Shown in pieces: positions 24,380 through 37,332 of a stretch of 64,000 bases of DNA. Within the stretch, counting starts at the first letter, position 1; every line of letters begins with the position of its first letter. The stretch is from Mobula hypostoma (taxonomy: Eukaryota), in contig NC_086097.1 of assembly GCF_963921235.1 (NCBI RefSeq), forward strand, positions 49,974,001 through 50,038,000, given 5' to 3'. The translations under genes and the position numbers were made by a program. The notes below the pieces were generated by a model, which saw only the letters and a list, made by a program, of their open reading frames with translations, had not been told where the DNA came from and searched no databases.

Positions 24380-25360
24380 GCACTCCTGGCATCAGTCTAT
24401 TTATTTTCCTCCTTCACTAACTCATTCCCTCGCCATCCCTTTCCCTTCCTTCCATCCACTGTTCCCTCTTCTGGTCTCATTCTATTCTCCTTTTCCTTCC
24501 CCTCATACAGTCTCCTTCCCTCTTTTCCTGATCTCACTCCATCCTTTCCCACCCCCAGTCACAAGCTAGTATTGACTTTTCTCCCCAAATCTTTACATTC
24601 GCCTTTCGTCACACCTCCCTTCTCGCTGGTCAGACAACTCCGCAGTTGCCTGCTTACCTGTTTAATGAATGCACCTTCTTCCCCTTGTGTGATATCCCTT
24701 CTCATTTCTCCCTCTCATTTCTGCGCCAACCATTTTTTTCCCTCCTGATTTTATTCACATCCTGGTCTCCCTCCCCTTCTGTCTCCTGCCTTCCCAGTCT
24801 CCATTCTTAAGTGGTCTCCATCCTTCCCCTTTTGGTGTTTTTCTTCCTCCATCTCTGCTCCTCTCATGATCAATCTTCTATGTTCTTATCTTTATTCCTA
24901 CTCTCGTTCTGTTCTCCCTTGCTATGGTGTCTCACCCTGCACTCCCATCCTGTAGTGTCCACCTCCATTCCCCTCTACCCTTTCCTTCTCATCCCTTGTC
25001 ATCCTTGATGTCCTTGCACCCATTCCTCTCCTCCCTTGTCCCAATGCCTCCCCTTTCCTCCACTGGCAAACCCTCCCTTCTTCTTTCCCCCTCTTTCTGT
25101 GGTGTACCTCCCTCCATCTGGCAAGTGTGAATTGGGACATCTGTATCTTTCTCTCCACCTTCATCTCGCTCTTCTGGTTCCCCCCAGTTACCATAGTCTG
25201 TGTCACTCCATCCTCTTCACTGTCATCTCCAAATCCTTTTTTTTACTCCACTTTCCTCTTTCGTTTTCCTATCCCCTTTCACATTTTCTTCCTCTTTCTC
25301 TCCCTCTTCTGAAGTCCTCCTTCCTCCTTCTTGTCTTTTCACTTCCTTCATGCTCCTTCC
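24380..25360 (+). repeat. About 1 kb pyrimidine-rich low-complexity tract
   Basis: Almost all C/T on the + strand with no fixed period; translated ORFs are F/S/L/P-rich noise. Confidence 0.8.
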
Positions 25361-25759
25361 CATTGACAACTAACTGCACTTTCAGAGATGCTAAACCTAG
25401 GCCCATCTAGTGTCTCGGGGAGTTATACATCCCCACACAACAGTTTTAAGGAAAGATTAGATTGGTAGAAAGTTCCTTCTCCTAACCAATATGTGCAAAA
25501 GCAAAGATTATCATGTTGCCTCTTGTGAAAGTTTTCTGTATTGAAATTGGCTGCTATATTTAAAAAAAATAGTTTCTTGATCCAGCTTTGTCTCTGTTTA
25601 ATCAAAAAGCTATAGAAAAGTAGAAAACAGTGGAAATACTCAGCAGGTCAGTCAGCTTTTGTGGAGAGGGGAACAATTATTATTGTATATTGATGGATTT
25701 CCTTCAGAATTTATGAAAGGGTATCAGCTTTCAGATTCATATTAATTTATTAATCACAT

Positions 25760-26132
25760 GCAGTAGTAGTTGTGTAATCACTTGAGTATGATTTTCTCCC
25801 AAGTGGTTATTCCCTTAATGGAGAATGCTTCTGTGTGACTTTGTTTACTATGAGGAGGTTGATACATGGGGAATTAGCACACGGTCCTTGACAGACCGGG
25901 GTCAGGCACCATGCAAGATGACTGCTGTCTTTCTCCGCCTTCACTGCCACTGTGATGTGCCGTCAACTTCTGCAGCTTCATCGCTGAGGTCTTGGTTGGA
26001 TCACTCTTTGTCTGGTACCTCCCTGGTGATCTTATCACCATGGGTGACCCTACCAGGAGCTAAGCTCCAGACAGCATTGCTCTCAGGATCTCATAAACCC
26101 CTCCTACCATGACAAGGTAACGATCCTAGGAA
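25760..26132 (-). mobile_element. RTE-type 5'-UTR-derived short element
   Basis: Shares CCTTGT...AGC.ATG.TG.CTGGAG-hairpin-CTC.TGGTAGGG..ACCCATG with the 5' end of the RTE remnant at 53660-53815. Confidence 0.55.
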
Positions 26133-27011
26133 ATGTTATAACATGCATATTGAAACATACAGTGGAATGTGTTGTTTACGTTAACAATCAATACAACCTA
26201 GGGCAGCCCACAAGTATTGACACATATTTTGGCGTCAATGTAACGTGCCCATAATGTTCAGCAGAGCAACACAAACAACAAAACAACAACAGCAAAACAA
26301 ACCCCTTTCCTCCCTTTCATATACATGCGCGGGTACATACACACACACACACACACTAATGCTCCCTGACCTGTTGAATATTTCCCAGCATTTCATGCTT
26401 TTGTTTACTTGAGTTAGTAGCTAATGCTCAAACTCAAGTTTACTTTCCTATCTATTATTATATCCCATGTTCATCTAAGTATCCAAAAATATTGCAGTCT
26501 TAATGTTGAATGAGTATCTACAGCCCTCTGGAGTAGAGACCAGATACTACTTTAGCTACTCTGCATTGTACTGGCTTCAAGGCAAATATGTGTTCCCCTT
26601 GTATATAGAATCCTAAATTTTACATCGTACTTAAGATATAGAAAACAACTGCAGCAGATACTCTTTATTTCTGTATTCAAGCCTCTTGTGGTAAAGGCTT
26701 ACTTTCCTTTTGTTAGTTACATCTGAATTTAACTTTCATCATTTCCTTCATACTATAACATTTCAAAATTTTTGAATTTAAAAGAACGGTAGTTATTTGT
26801 TTCCACTTAAAGCAGTAACTTCACATTTTTCCCTGTACTCCATCTACTAACTCTTGTTCAGTTACTTAATATATGTATGTTCTCTTAATAATCTCATAGG
26901 TCACTTCACTAAGTGGCTTTCTATCATTCACAAAATTGGATCTACTTTTATACTTTATGACCAGGTACAGTGCCAACTCGCTCCTTAAATTGACTGTTAT
27001 CGATCAACTTA

Positions 27012-29241
27012 ATTGTGCAATGAACCAGAATTGATTAGCGATCTTAAGGTAAAAGACCCCTTAGGGGAAGTGATCATAATATGAATGAATTCACCCTGAA
27101 ATTTGAGAAGGGGAAGCTAAAGTGAGATGTATTAGTCTTACAGTGGAGTAAAGGGCATTACAGAGGGATGAGGGAGGAGTTGGCCAGAATTGATTGGAAA
27201 AGAACACTGGCAGGGATGACAGCAAAGCAGCAATGGCTGGAATTTATGGAAGCACAGGATATATACATACATCCCAAAGAGGAAGAAGTATTCTGAAGGA
27301 AGAATGACACAACCATGGCTAACAAGAGAAGTCAAAGCCAGCATAAAAGCCAAAGAGAGGGCATATAATAGAGTAAAAATTAGTGTGAAATTAGAGGATT
27401 GGTAAGCTTTTAAAAACCATCAGAAGGCAACTGAAAAGTCATTAAGAAGGTAAAGATGGAATACAAAAGCAAGCTACCCAGTAATATTAAAGAGGATACC
27501 AGAAGTTTCTTCAGATACATAAACTTTAAAAGAGAGGTGAGAGTGGATTTTGAACCACTGGACAACAACGCTGGAGAGGTAGTAATAGGGGACAACAAAA
27601 GGCGGACAGACTGAATAAGTATTTTGCATCAGTCTTCATGATAGAAGACACTAGCAGAATGGTGGAAGTTCCAGGTGTCAGGGGGCATGAAGTATGTAAA
27701 GTTACCAAAGCTAGAGTGAAGGTTCTTGGGAAACTGAAAGGTCTGAAGGTAGATAAGTCACCTGGACCTAGAGTTCTGAAAGAGGTGGCTGAAGAGAGCA
27801 TGGAGGCATCAGTAATGATCTTTCAAGAATCACTAGATTCTGACATGGTTTTGAAGACTGGAAAATTGCAAACACCACACAGCTCTTCAAGAGGGTAGAG
27901 AGGCAGAAGAAAGGAAACTATAGGCCAATTAGTCTGACTTCAGTGGTTGGGAGGATGTTGGAATCAATTATGAAGGATGAGATATCAGTGTACTTGGAGT
28001 CACATGATAAAATAGAATGTAGTCACAAATTTGTTGGAATTCTTTGAAGAAATAACAAGCAGAGTAGACAATGGAGAATCAGTTGATATTGTGTACTTGG
28101 ATTTTAAGAAGACCTTTGCTAAGATACCACACATGAGGTTGCTTAACAAGCTATGAACCCGTGGTATTACAGAAAAGATTCTAGCATGGATAAAGCAGTG
28201 GTTGATTGGCAAGAACCAAAGAATGGGAATAAAGGGAGCCTTTTCTGGCTGGCTGCCATGGACTAGTGGTGTTCCACAGGGGCTGTGTTGGGACTGATTT
28301 CTTTTTACGTTATATGTTAATGATTTGGATGATGGAATTGATGGCCTTGTTGCAAAGTTTGCAGAAGATATGAAGGTAGGTGGAGGGGCAGGTAGTTTTG
28401 AGGAAGTAGAGAGGCTTAAACAGATTGGGAGAATGGACAATGAAATACAATGTTGGGAAGTGTATGGTCATGCACTTTGGTAGAAGAAATGAAAGGATTG
28501 ATTATTTTCTAAATGGAGAGAAAATACAAAAAAAAACTGAGGTGCATAGGGACTCGGGAAGTCCTGTGCAAGATTCCTCAAAGGTTAATTTGTAGGTTGA
28601 GTCTGTGGTGAGGAAGGAACATGCAATGTTAACATTCATTTCAAGAGGACTAGCATATAAAAGCAAGGATATAATGTTGAAATTTTATAAAGCACTGGTG
28701 AGGCCTCACTTGGGCCCCTCATCTTAGAAAGTAGGTGCTGAAACTGGAGAGTTCAAAGGAGGTTCATGGAAATGATTCTAGCATTAAATGGGTTGTTATA
28801 TGAAGAGCATTTGATGGCTCTGGGCCTGAATTCACTGGAATTCAGAAGAATGAGGGGTGACCTCACTGAAACCTATCGAAAGGCCCTGATAGAGTGGATG
28901 TGGAGAGGATATTTCCAATGGTGGGAGAGTGTAAGACCAAAGGATATAGCCTCAGACTAGAGGGGCGTCCTTTAGAACAGAGATGAGGAGGACTTTCCTT
29001 AGCCAGAGGGTGGTGAATTTGTGGAATTCTTTGCCACAGGCAGCTGTGGAGACCAAGTCTTTATGTATATTTAAGGCACAGGTTTATAGACTCTTGATTG
29101 GTCAGGGCATGAAGGGATACAGGGAGAAGGCAGGAGATTGGAACTGAGAGGAAAATCAGATCAGCCATGATGAAATGGCGGAGTAGACTCAATGGGCCAA
29201 ATGGCCTATTTCTGCTCCTAATGTCTTATAGTCTTATGGTC
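27012..29241 (+). mobile_element. Decayed CR1 LINE (ORF2, late EN through 3' tail)
   Basis: LKGLKVDKSPGP, NYRPISLTSVV, KFAEDMKVG, LEFRRMRGDL; TCTTATGG-type tail. Confidence 0.88.
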
Positions 29242-29339
29242 AGATAAACAATAATGATGAGCGGTACATGGATTTTTTTTTTCTCTGTATCAACTGAGGT
29301 TGTTGACCTAAGGAGATGAGGAATGGGGTTGGGAGGTAG

Positions 29340-29640
29340 GAGGTGAACACAACCTTGTCCTCATCAATGAAGCTGCCTAGAGAAGGTCTACAACTTCAAG
29401 TTCTATCCATTACCACTAACAACCTCATCTGGTCTCTTCACACTGCCGTGGTGATTGAGAAAGCTGATGAGCAATTTCTTAGGAGTCTGAGAAGACTGAG
29501 CATGTTAACAATGATTCTATTTAACTTCTACAGATACCCTATAGAAAATATATCTCAGCCTGGTATGGCACTCCTCTATTCTTGACTAACTGAACCTGCA
29601 GAGTGGTAAACACAGCCCATCACTTCCTTCCATCCAGTTC
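29340..29640 (+). mobile_element. Old Rex1/Babar 3' fragment
   Basis: ITTNNLIWSLHTAVVIEKA..FLRSLRRL...FYRYPIEN resembles the Rex1 RT C-terminal region. Confidence 0.55.
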
Positions 29641-29778
29641 AGCTTCACAGTTCTGGCTTCTTCTCCCTTCCCTTCCAGTCCTGATGAAGGGTCTTGGCCC
29701 AAAATGTCAACTGTTTATTTATTTTCATGGATGCTGCCTGACCTGCTGAGTTCCTGCAGCATTTTGTGTGTGTTGCAC
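29640..29778 (+). mobile_element. Penelope-end short element with decayed hammerhead (29677-29712)
   Basis: AGTC-CTGATGA-AGGGTCTTGGCCC-AAAA-TGTC-AACT followed by the common gatgctgcctgacctgctgag tail. Confidence 0.72.
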
Positions 29779-30599
29779 CTTCATGGTGTGTTGCTTCAGG
29801 AAGATTAGTGTTATCACCAAGGATGGCTGCCACCCTGGTCATTCCTTTTTCTCTCTTCTTCTTTCTAGGAGATGATACAGGAAATCCTGGATATGCTGAC
29901 TTAACAGCTTCTTCCCACTATTTTCAGGGTCCTGAAACAATCACCTCTTTCACACCTCCTTCCCGGTGGTGCTGCCATATACTCCTAATTCTGTTTCTCT
30001 TGTTTATTTCATGATTATCATTTTAATCTTTTAGTTATTGCACAACCTCAGATTGTACTACAAACTTGGCACCATTCTGCTGTTTTGCACTCATCATAGT
30101 ACTTATTGTTGTATTTATTATTATCATGTACTATTCACTCTGTGAACCCTGGTGTATATGATAATAAACTAATCTAATCTAACATGGAGTCTTTTCATGT
30201 AAATTATTTAATATCTGGCACAATACACCTGTGGTACTCTATTAACAACAATGTAATAACATTGAAAAAACAATTTTGTTTCTACTATTTTCTGTCTTCC
30301 ACATGTACCTCTATATGCAGCAGTCTGTTACCTACCAACACTACCATGCAGTGAGCCCTGATTTTGCTAACCTTTTTTTGTGATATCAAATATATTCAGA
30401 AATCCAGATATACTATGTTTGTGGGTTCCTCGAATGTTTCTGCTAATTGCATCCTAAAAGAAATTAGGTTCCTGAGAAACACTTTCCTTTTCATAAAACT
30501 GATGCTCACATCCACACTGATCAGTAAGGAATTGTTTCTAGCTGTCCACAGTAATGTATGTGGTAGGATATCATGTGCTCAACCATATATCTTTTAAAT

Positions 30600-31285
30600 A
30601 TGAAATAAACCAGAACATATTAAAAATAGGCAGCATCTCTGGAGAAAGAGGTAGATTATATTTCAGATTGATGATATTTCACGGTGATCATATCATGAGC
30701 ACCATATGTAATATAAAGTTAAAAGTAAAAGTTGCCACTTAAAGTGTTTGAGGATCTGTTGGGAGGCTTGGGAATGGATAAACGGGCAGGCACTGCATCA
30801 CCCACGGTTAGACAAAAAACAGCAAGGGAAGGAAAATATGTATTGGTGGAACATTAGAAACAGATAGAACAGTGAAATCCAAGTACTTGATTTTCTCCAA
30901 CAACCACTTGAGTAACAACTGTTCCAGAATGTTGAAAGGTGAGGAGGATGAAGAGCTGTTTGATGGTGACATTACATTGAAGGTTCCAGGATTATGTCTG
31001 TTGAACATGAAGGCAATGGAATGGAGAATGAGGATGAGGGAAATTTTATCCTTCTAGGAATGGATAATAAGAGGCTTAATTAAACATTCAAAAAAATGAA
31101 AGGATTGTGGTAGGCAGCTCTGTTGATATAGAGAAAAAAATCCATATTTGAAGACAAAAGAAGGCTTTTTAGAAAGACTGGTGTAGAAGATGGCATCATT
31201 AATATTAATACAACAGAGGCAGCATTAATTGAGAGAATGGAAGGACACTCTGAGAGGAACCAAAATGGCTGGAAGTGTAATTACC
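30600..31285 (-). mobile_element. Highly decayed Penelope fragment
   Basis: Reverse complement resembles the 12950-13500 region of the Penelope copy (e.g. gatggtgacattac...gaggatgagggaaattttatcc). Confidence 0.5.
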
Positions 31286-31344
31286 GTTTACTTAGAAAGT
31301 CTTTCAGGCGGTTCCAGACCTCCATGGGTTCTATTTCCCCTTTA

Positions 31345-31818
31345 ACCCATCAGATTTATTTTAATCTGTCTACCTTTTTAACTGTTTAAAAACAAGCCCC
31401 TAATCATTTTTAGCTTAGAGTATCATATTGATACCTCAACCTAATTAATACACAAACACCCATAGAACTGAACTGAATTAGAAGAAAGGGAGAGTTATCT
31501 ACTCCATTACACATTCCAAATACAAGGGCAACTCCACATAAATGCATACTTTTTTGAATTCTGTTTAAATTAAATTCATACTTTCTCCCTCAGCTTTCCT
31601 TTTAATTTGTCTACTTATTTTAACTGTAAAAAGGCTCCTAATATTTTTAATATGTATTATATTAATATGTGAGTCTAATTAGGACACACATACAACCCTG
31701 TAGAACTGAACTAATTTAGAAAGAAGAGCAAATTATCTCTCCATTACACATTCCAAATTGGGCAAATTCACATACAGTAGATAGGTTATGTATTGAGTTT
31801 GAATTAAATTCATACTTT
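31345..31818. repeat. Diverged tandem duplication, two units of about 238 bp
   Basis: Shared blocks tagaactgaact, ctccattacacattccaaat and aattaaattcatacttt recur at a constant offset. Confidence 0.8.
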
Positions 31819-32710
31819 AATTCAGGTACAAAGCAATTAAAAATGCACTAGCCCTGGAGTTATGGAAAGAGTTCTTCAATGAAACTACTGTATGATTTGG
31901 GATAGATACCAAAAAATCTGAAGTTGTCTTCCTGATTTGTACTAAGTTTGCAGATCTTGGTCTGTTTCACAGCACTGTAATTATAATTAACTCGAATCTT
32001 CAAAATTTAACAAGAAAGAACAAGATACATGATTCTGTTAAATAATGCTTGGCAGCAAAAGTCAGCCTTGTTAGAGGTATTGTAGAGCTATGGAGGTGCT
32101 AAATTAGTCTCAGTATATTATTTCATTAATGTGCATAAACTTTTGTCACCAATAACACAGAATGCTTGTTGTTTTGTGTGCATGCAGCTAATATTTGACA
32201 GAGTTTTGCATAGTATGACATCATGATATGGATAAGATTGCAATCATGATTTGAGTCCAATGCTGCCATTTTGGAACTTGACCTCGACCTTACTTAAGAA
32301 GAAATAAAGCTAACAATGTGCTTGAGGTGAGATAGAGATAGAGACAGATGACAATGTAGATGGGAAAGAAATGATCTTTCTGGTACAAAGATGTGGAGTT
32401 CAAAGCTAAGCCGAGGTAAAAAATACTAAGAATTCAGACAATCCGGTCATTCTGAGTTAAATGCAAGAAACACGTGGCTAGTGTGCAAATTTTCAGCTGA
32501 TTTCAATGTTGCAGCCATATTTTTCTCTCCGGTTTATAGTTTTATTGTGATTATGTGGTAGAGTTGCAGTACCATGAGCCATTTAGTTTAACAAGTGCAT
32601 TTACTTTATCTCATGCTAATATATTTTTTGATTGTGTGACTAAGTGCCAATTAAATTGTTTTGATGTAATCTATAATTGGGTTCCTGCTATGTTTTGGTA
32701 TGTTTTAAAG

Positions 32711-32770
32711 ATCATGGAAAATGGAGGCTGTTTGAAGAAGACTAATCTAAAGTGAACAGTATTTCTTCAG
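32711..32770 (+). other. Candidate 5'-UTR exon
   Basis: tgttttaaag| acceptor and CAG|GTATTG donor in non-repeat sequence; stops in all three frames. Confidence 0.25.
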
Positions 32771-34665
32771 GTATTGAGTATGTACGTGACCTTTGAGTTC
32801 TTGAGACTTTAGTATTAATCAGCTTTTTATACCATTTCTGTTATTGATTTCTAATGAATTAATTATTATTCATTCTAATTTCCAATTAAGTTCTAATGAA
32901 TTGAACCTTACTAATTTTTCATGAATTAGAAACTGGAAGTAATGTTCAGAATGAAACATTTAAGAGTGAATTTGTGAAAGTCCAGTTTACATTAACAGAA
33001 GAAAGAGGATGCATAAAGTAAAATTTATTGTTTTCTGGTTAATTAATAAGTATCATATTGTTTTCTGACAATAACTCATCAGTGAAAAAAGTAACATTAG
33101 GATGTATTAAGTAAAGCTGCAGGAAAAAACTACAATTTTTCTGCTGCATGTATTTTTGATCTATGAATTTGTGCCAATTTTGATTATAATGTCTTTCCAA
33201 GCCTCTTCTTGACTCTGTATCACAAGTATTGCCTAAAATGTAATTAATTTTTTATTATATATCTATATTAAAGGGGTTGGAAAATGGCATATTATCTATA
33301 ATTTAATACCAAAATAATACTGAGGCTAATGGCATTGGTACAGCAATTATAAGACAGATGTGTAGTTGAAAATAGCTATCCAAAATGTTCTTAGTTGCAC
33401 TATTTTCTTGTTGCCTTTGTAAAAAAGGTAGATAGAGCACTGTGCTATGCAGTTGAACTGGTTTTAATGGTATGAGGCTGCTCTATTTGAAATGTAGACA
33501 CAAACTGAAATAATCTTTAGAAAGTTTTGTCCATTCATGCAGATTGCATATTTAACACGGTAATAATTTTTAGTTGTTGCAAATCAAGCTCTTTGTAAAA
33601 TAACAACTTCAAAAGTAGAGACTCATTTTGAGGGGTTCAATTGTCATTAGGGATTTTACAAAAATATTTTAACTTTTACTTCTTATTTCTATTACTTTTC
33701 CCGAATCTTCTCAGACTTTATTTCTCATCCTGTACCTGATTTTGATATTCAGTTTTTTGTTACTTATATACTAATTCTACAATCTAATTGGTTCTACATA
33801 ATTGCTACTTTTGCTTTGCATGTGGATGTGCTGCATATCAAACTTTACAAACATTCAACAATACCAGTTCTTGCTAGATGACTCATTATGTTGCAATATT
33901 GTACAGTATTTAACTATGAAAGAATAGAGAATAAACAACATGCAAGTAGGGACAAGGAAGGAAAGATCAGAGTGGATCTTTTAACCATGCATTACTGTGT
34001 TTTTCTTATTTGTGTATTGAAAGCATTACAGTAGTGACATTGCTGCAGACACCTCGGTATATTTTTGCCACTTTAAAATTATGGGCCACTTTAGAATCAT
34101 TTTGTGTTACTTTAAAAAAAAATGTCCAGGTGTTTACAGGTATTAACCCTCAACAATAATGATCAGTTAGGCAGAGAGAGAATCTGTATTCACTGACAAG
34201 TACCTTTATTGTCTCAGTCAATTAACACATGAATTTACAAAACTAAATACCTGTGTGGACACTCCCTAGGTTTCCCTCCATGAACAATCAAAGAATAGGA
34301 AAAAGTGATATCCAGGAAAAGGAGTCTGTACTGACCAGGTGTTCTTCTTGATCATGAGGTAATCTCCATGTTTCGGACCTGGGGTTATCCACTTCTATGA
34401 TAGTTAGTCTCCACAGAGTTGTCACTGTCTGTGATTCCGAAATCCTCCAATCTTATCCTTTTCCTTATCAGTTCAATATGTGATGGTGCAGTTTCATTGG
34501 CTCAAGCTCATCTGACTGACTTATGTTAGCTTTTTATTAGATGTGGCCCTAGGCTAGAAGCAGTGTTGCTTTATGGCTCTTGCCTCCAGACTTGTGCTTT
34601 AGGTAATTTCTTTTATTCTTTTCAACTCAGACTGCTTCAAACCGGTTCAACCAGGTCACCCAAAT

Positions 34666-36817
34666 CAGTGGCGGCACCAGAGATTTTTTCTTGCTGGTGC
34701 TACAGTGGGGCTGAATTATTCAGTGATGGTGCAGAGGGATATACTCTATGGTAATATGTATTCGCAAGGCCAGATGCATGGCGTTCAAAAGTCAGTTTCA
34801 AGCATTATGTGCCTACTATAAACGCCTCTGTTGATTCACAAGCAACAGCAATTGGTAAGTATAATATAGAAGTGAACTGTGACAGTGTCAACAGCATTGG
34901 AGACAACCCGAGCTACACAGAGCATAAACAAACAAACCAACTGAGCATCCGACCCACAGCGCACAATGTGAATCACGCACCAATCCCGCAATCAGCGTCA
35001 AATGTGTCCTTTTCAACTGAAAAACACAACACTAACCCACAATGTCCACTGCTATTCGCATTACATAGACAGACAATGCCAAAAGATACACCGTTATTAA
35101 AGTCAAATAAGGCAAACAACAGATGCAAGGCTTTACCAGGAGTTGGACACTTCGTACTCTGACCATGCAATACCTCAATTAATTCGGCTACTGAATTTAA
35201 AACAAAAATCAACAGAATCGCCGCTTGGAAGTCTAAGCAAAACCAATAGGCTTAATAGCAGTAAATGTAATATTTTGGGATTTGCAGGAAACATAAGGGG
35301 TATCCACCACAAAATAATAATAATAATCAGCATTAGTCTTGGACCAAATTTTTAAAAAATCACCTGCATTCACCATTGATGTCTTCAGAGAAGCACAATC
35401 CATCTGTTGTTGTGATTGGTGGTGAAAGCATCATTGATTTCCTGGATGTCAAGTGCCCTGGTCCTCCGGCTGTTTATGGCCAACAGGGCCAAGTTGTTGT
35501 TCCAAACATCGCCGCTGCTATTCCTTAGGTAATTTTTGAGGCGTCTGAGGCAAGAGAAACTCCGTTTGCATGAGGCAGATGTCACAGGTAGAGTCAGTGA
35601 TATACAGATTAGTTTGTATAAATCTATAAATGCATCGCGGTAGGGTCTCATTAGAGCTAGAAATTCCACTGTGTCATCCACTGTCTGTCCTTGCTAGAGA
35701 CTCAACCACTGCTCTCATATACTCATGATTTTCTTGGACAATCTTTGCATGTTCTTTGTCGAGCATATTTCCCAATCTTGAACCATCTTGTTTTCTCAAT
35801 CTGAATTCCGCCCGTGCCTCCATAGCAAACTTATGAGTTGCACTTACATGGTGGGTTTTGAAAGCTGTTGTGGCTTTCCACTAGTTGCAGTAACCGGTGA
35901 CAGTGAAGGTAGACTCGGAATGGAACCCATATCGTCCACACAGGAAATGCCTGCATGCGAAGCAGAACGTAGTATCTTTCGTGATCGAATATTCCAGTCA
36001 GTCAAACCAGCCACGAATAAAGCTCCTGTGCTAATTGCCAAACTGTTGCGAGTAGCGAAGGGTACTTTTTCAATACTGGCTGATGGGGTCCTTCCTCAGG
36101 CTGCTGGCTAACATCGCTAACAGTATTCCAACTAGCACTAAGAGCAGCTTCATCCACGTTCTCTTCCGAATCCCGCTTCATTTCTTGTTCCTCTACTTCG
36201 CACTCACACTCCTTCGATGAACTGCTGTCGTCCTCATCCCCACTTACCTCTTTCTGCATGTCACTTTCAATTAAGACAGGCTCAAGCTGAGACACCACTG
36301 ATTCCTCTGGATTCAGTTGTTTTCTCACTAAAAATCGATCCATTTTTCACGCCGGCCAAAATAATGCACATGCCAGGTCCACACTAGCTTGTAAAAGTGC
36401 AATGTGTGTGTGTTCCGTTAGTCTCGCGAGACCATGGATCTGTGCCAGGATGTATACTATCAATCTCTCGCGTGAGTGAGAGTGAGTGAAATCACCACCT
36501 TAAGTGATCTTAGATCTGCTGACTGATCTGAGGACAGCAACAGCAAGACATTGACAATGAATGAATAAGCAGAAGTGCAGAGTGGATCTGACAGAGTTTA
36601 TAACATTATTGCTGAGTGGGTGCTATGGTAATTGGGGGTGCTGTTTCATTAGATCAACTGGAGAAACAAGCTGTATTCAAAACTATATAGAGAAAGTAAA
36701 GCAGCTGCAATTTGTATGTGAAATTTCAGTTAATTTCTTGGTGGTGCTACAGTGGTGCTAAATGTAATTTCTTCCGGGGCTATAGCACCAGCTAGCACCA
36801 CCTTAGCGCCGCCCCTG
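34666..36817 (-). mobile_element. Internally deleted hAT (Tip100/Zaphod-like) DNA transposon
   Basis: TIRs CAGTGGCGGC / GCCGCCCCTG, 8-bp TSD ACCCAAAT/ACCCAAAC, transposase start MDRFLVRKQ (36343) and dimerisation motif LPVTSASCKRSFSCLRRLKNYLR (35385-35681). Confidence 0.9.
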
Positions 36818-37332
36818 ACCCAAACACTGGGCCTAGATGACCAGATCACAGCTGATCGTTCAACCAGCCTGCAAGTTTACATATTACGGCTTCTTATCTG
36901 AAGATGGTCTCAGGTTTAGCAGACCATCAGCAGAAACCTCTTATGTCCATGATCAATTGCTCTGATTAAGCTATCCCTGAACCAATTCACCAAACAGTTC
37001 ACGAAATGCTGACTAATAGGACAGTCTCCCAGAATTGCCACCTCCATTCCTACAACCACATGGCTAGAACAAAGACTTTTGCTTTGTCTGTTTCTACAGC
37101 TCTTGCCTCATTGCTGTACACTGATCTGTAGATTGTACTTCTTTCTGGCCAATGCGGTTAACCAAGAAGCTTTAGCATTAAAAGCATCTATAAAAAATCT
37201 TCTGTGAAAATAAGTAAGTAAATATTACCAAAGATATAATATGCAAACTTTGATTATGCACAAATGATGTGTAAAATACTAATTTTTCTTGTCCTGTTCT
37301 CATTTTCAGATATTAATGTTATTTTGTAATTC

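Noticed and set aside
24296..25410. Hydrophobic membrane-protein-like ORFs
   Set aside because: Product of the C/T low-complexity tract.
26490..27010. Very old minus-strand CR1 remnant, and old Penelope-like tails near 20680, 25630 and 26370
   Set aside because: Too decayed to bound reliably.
34125..37270. Possible minus-strand solo LTR around the hAT element
   Set aside because: TTTATT and general character are suggestive, but termini and TSD could not be fixed.
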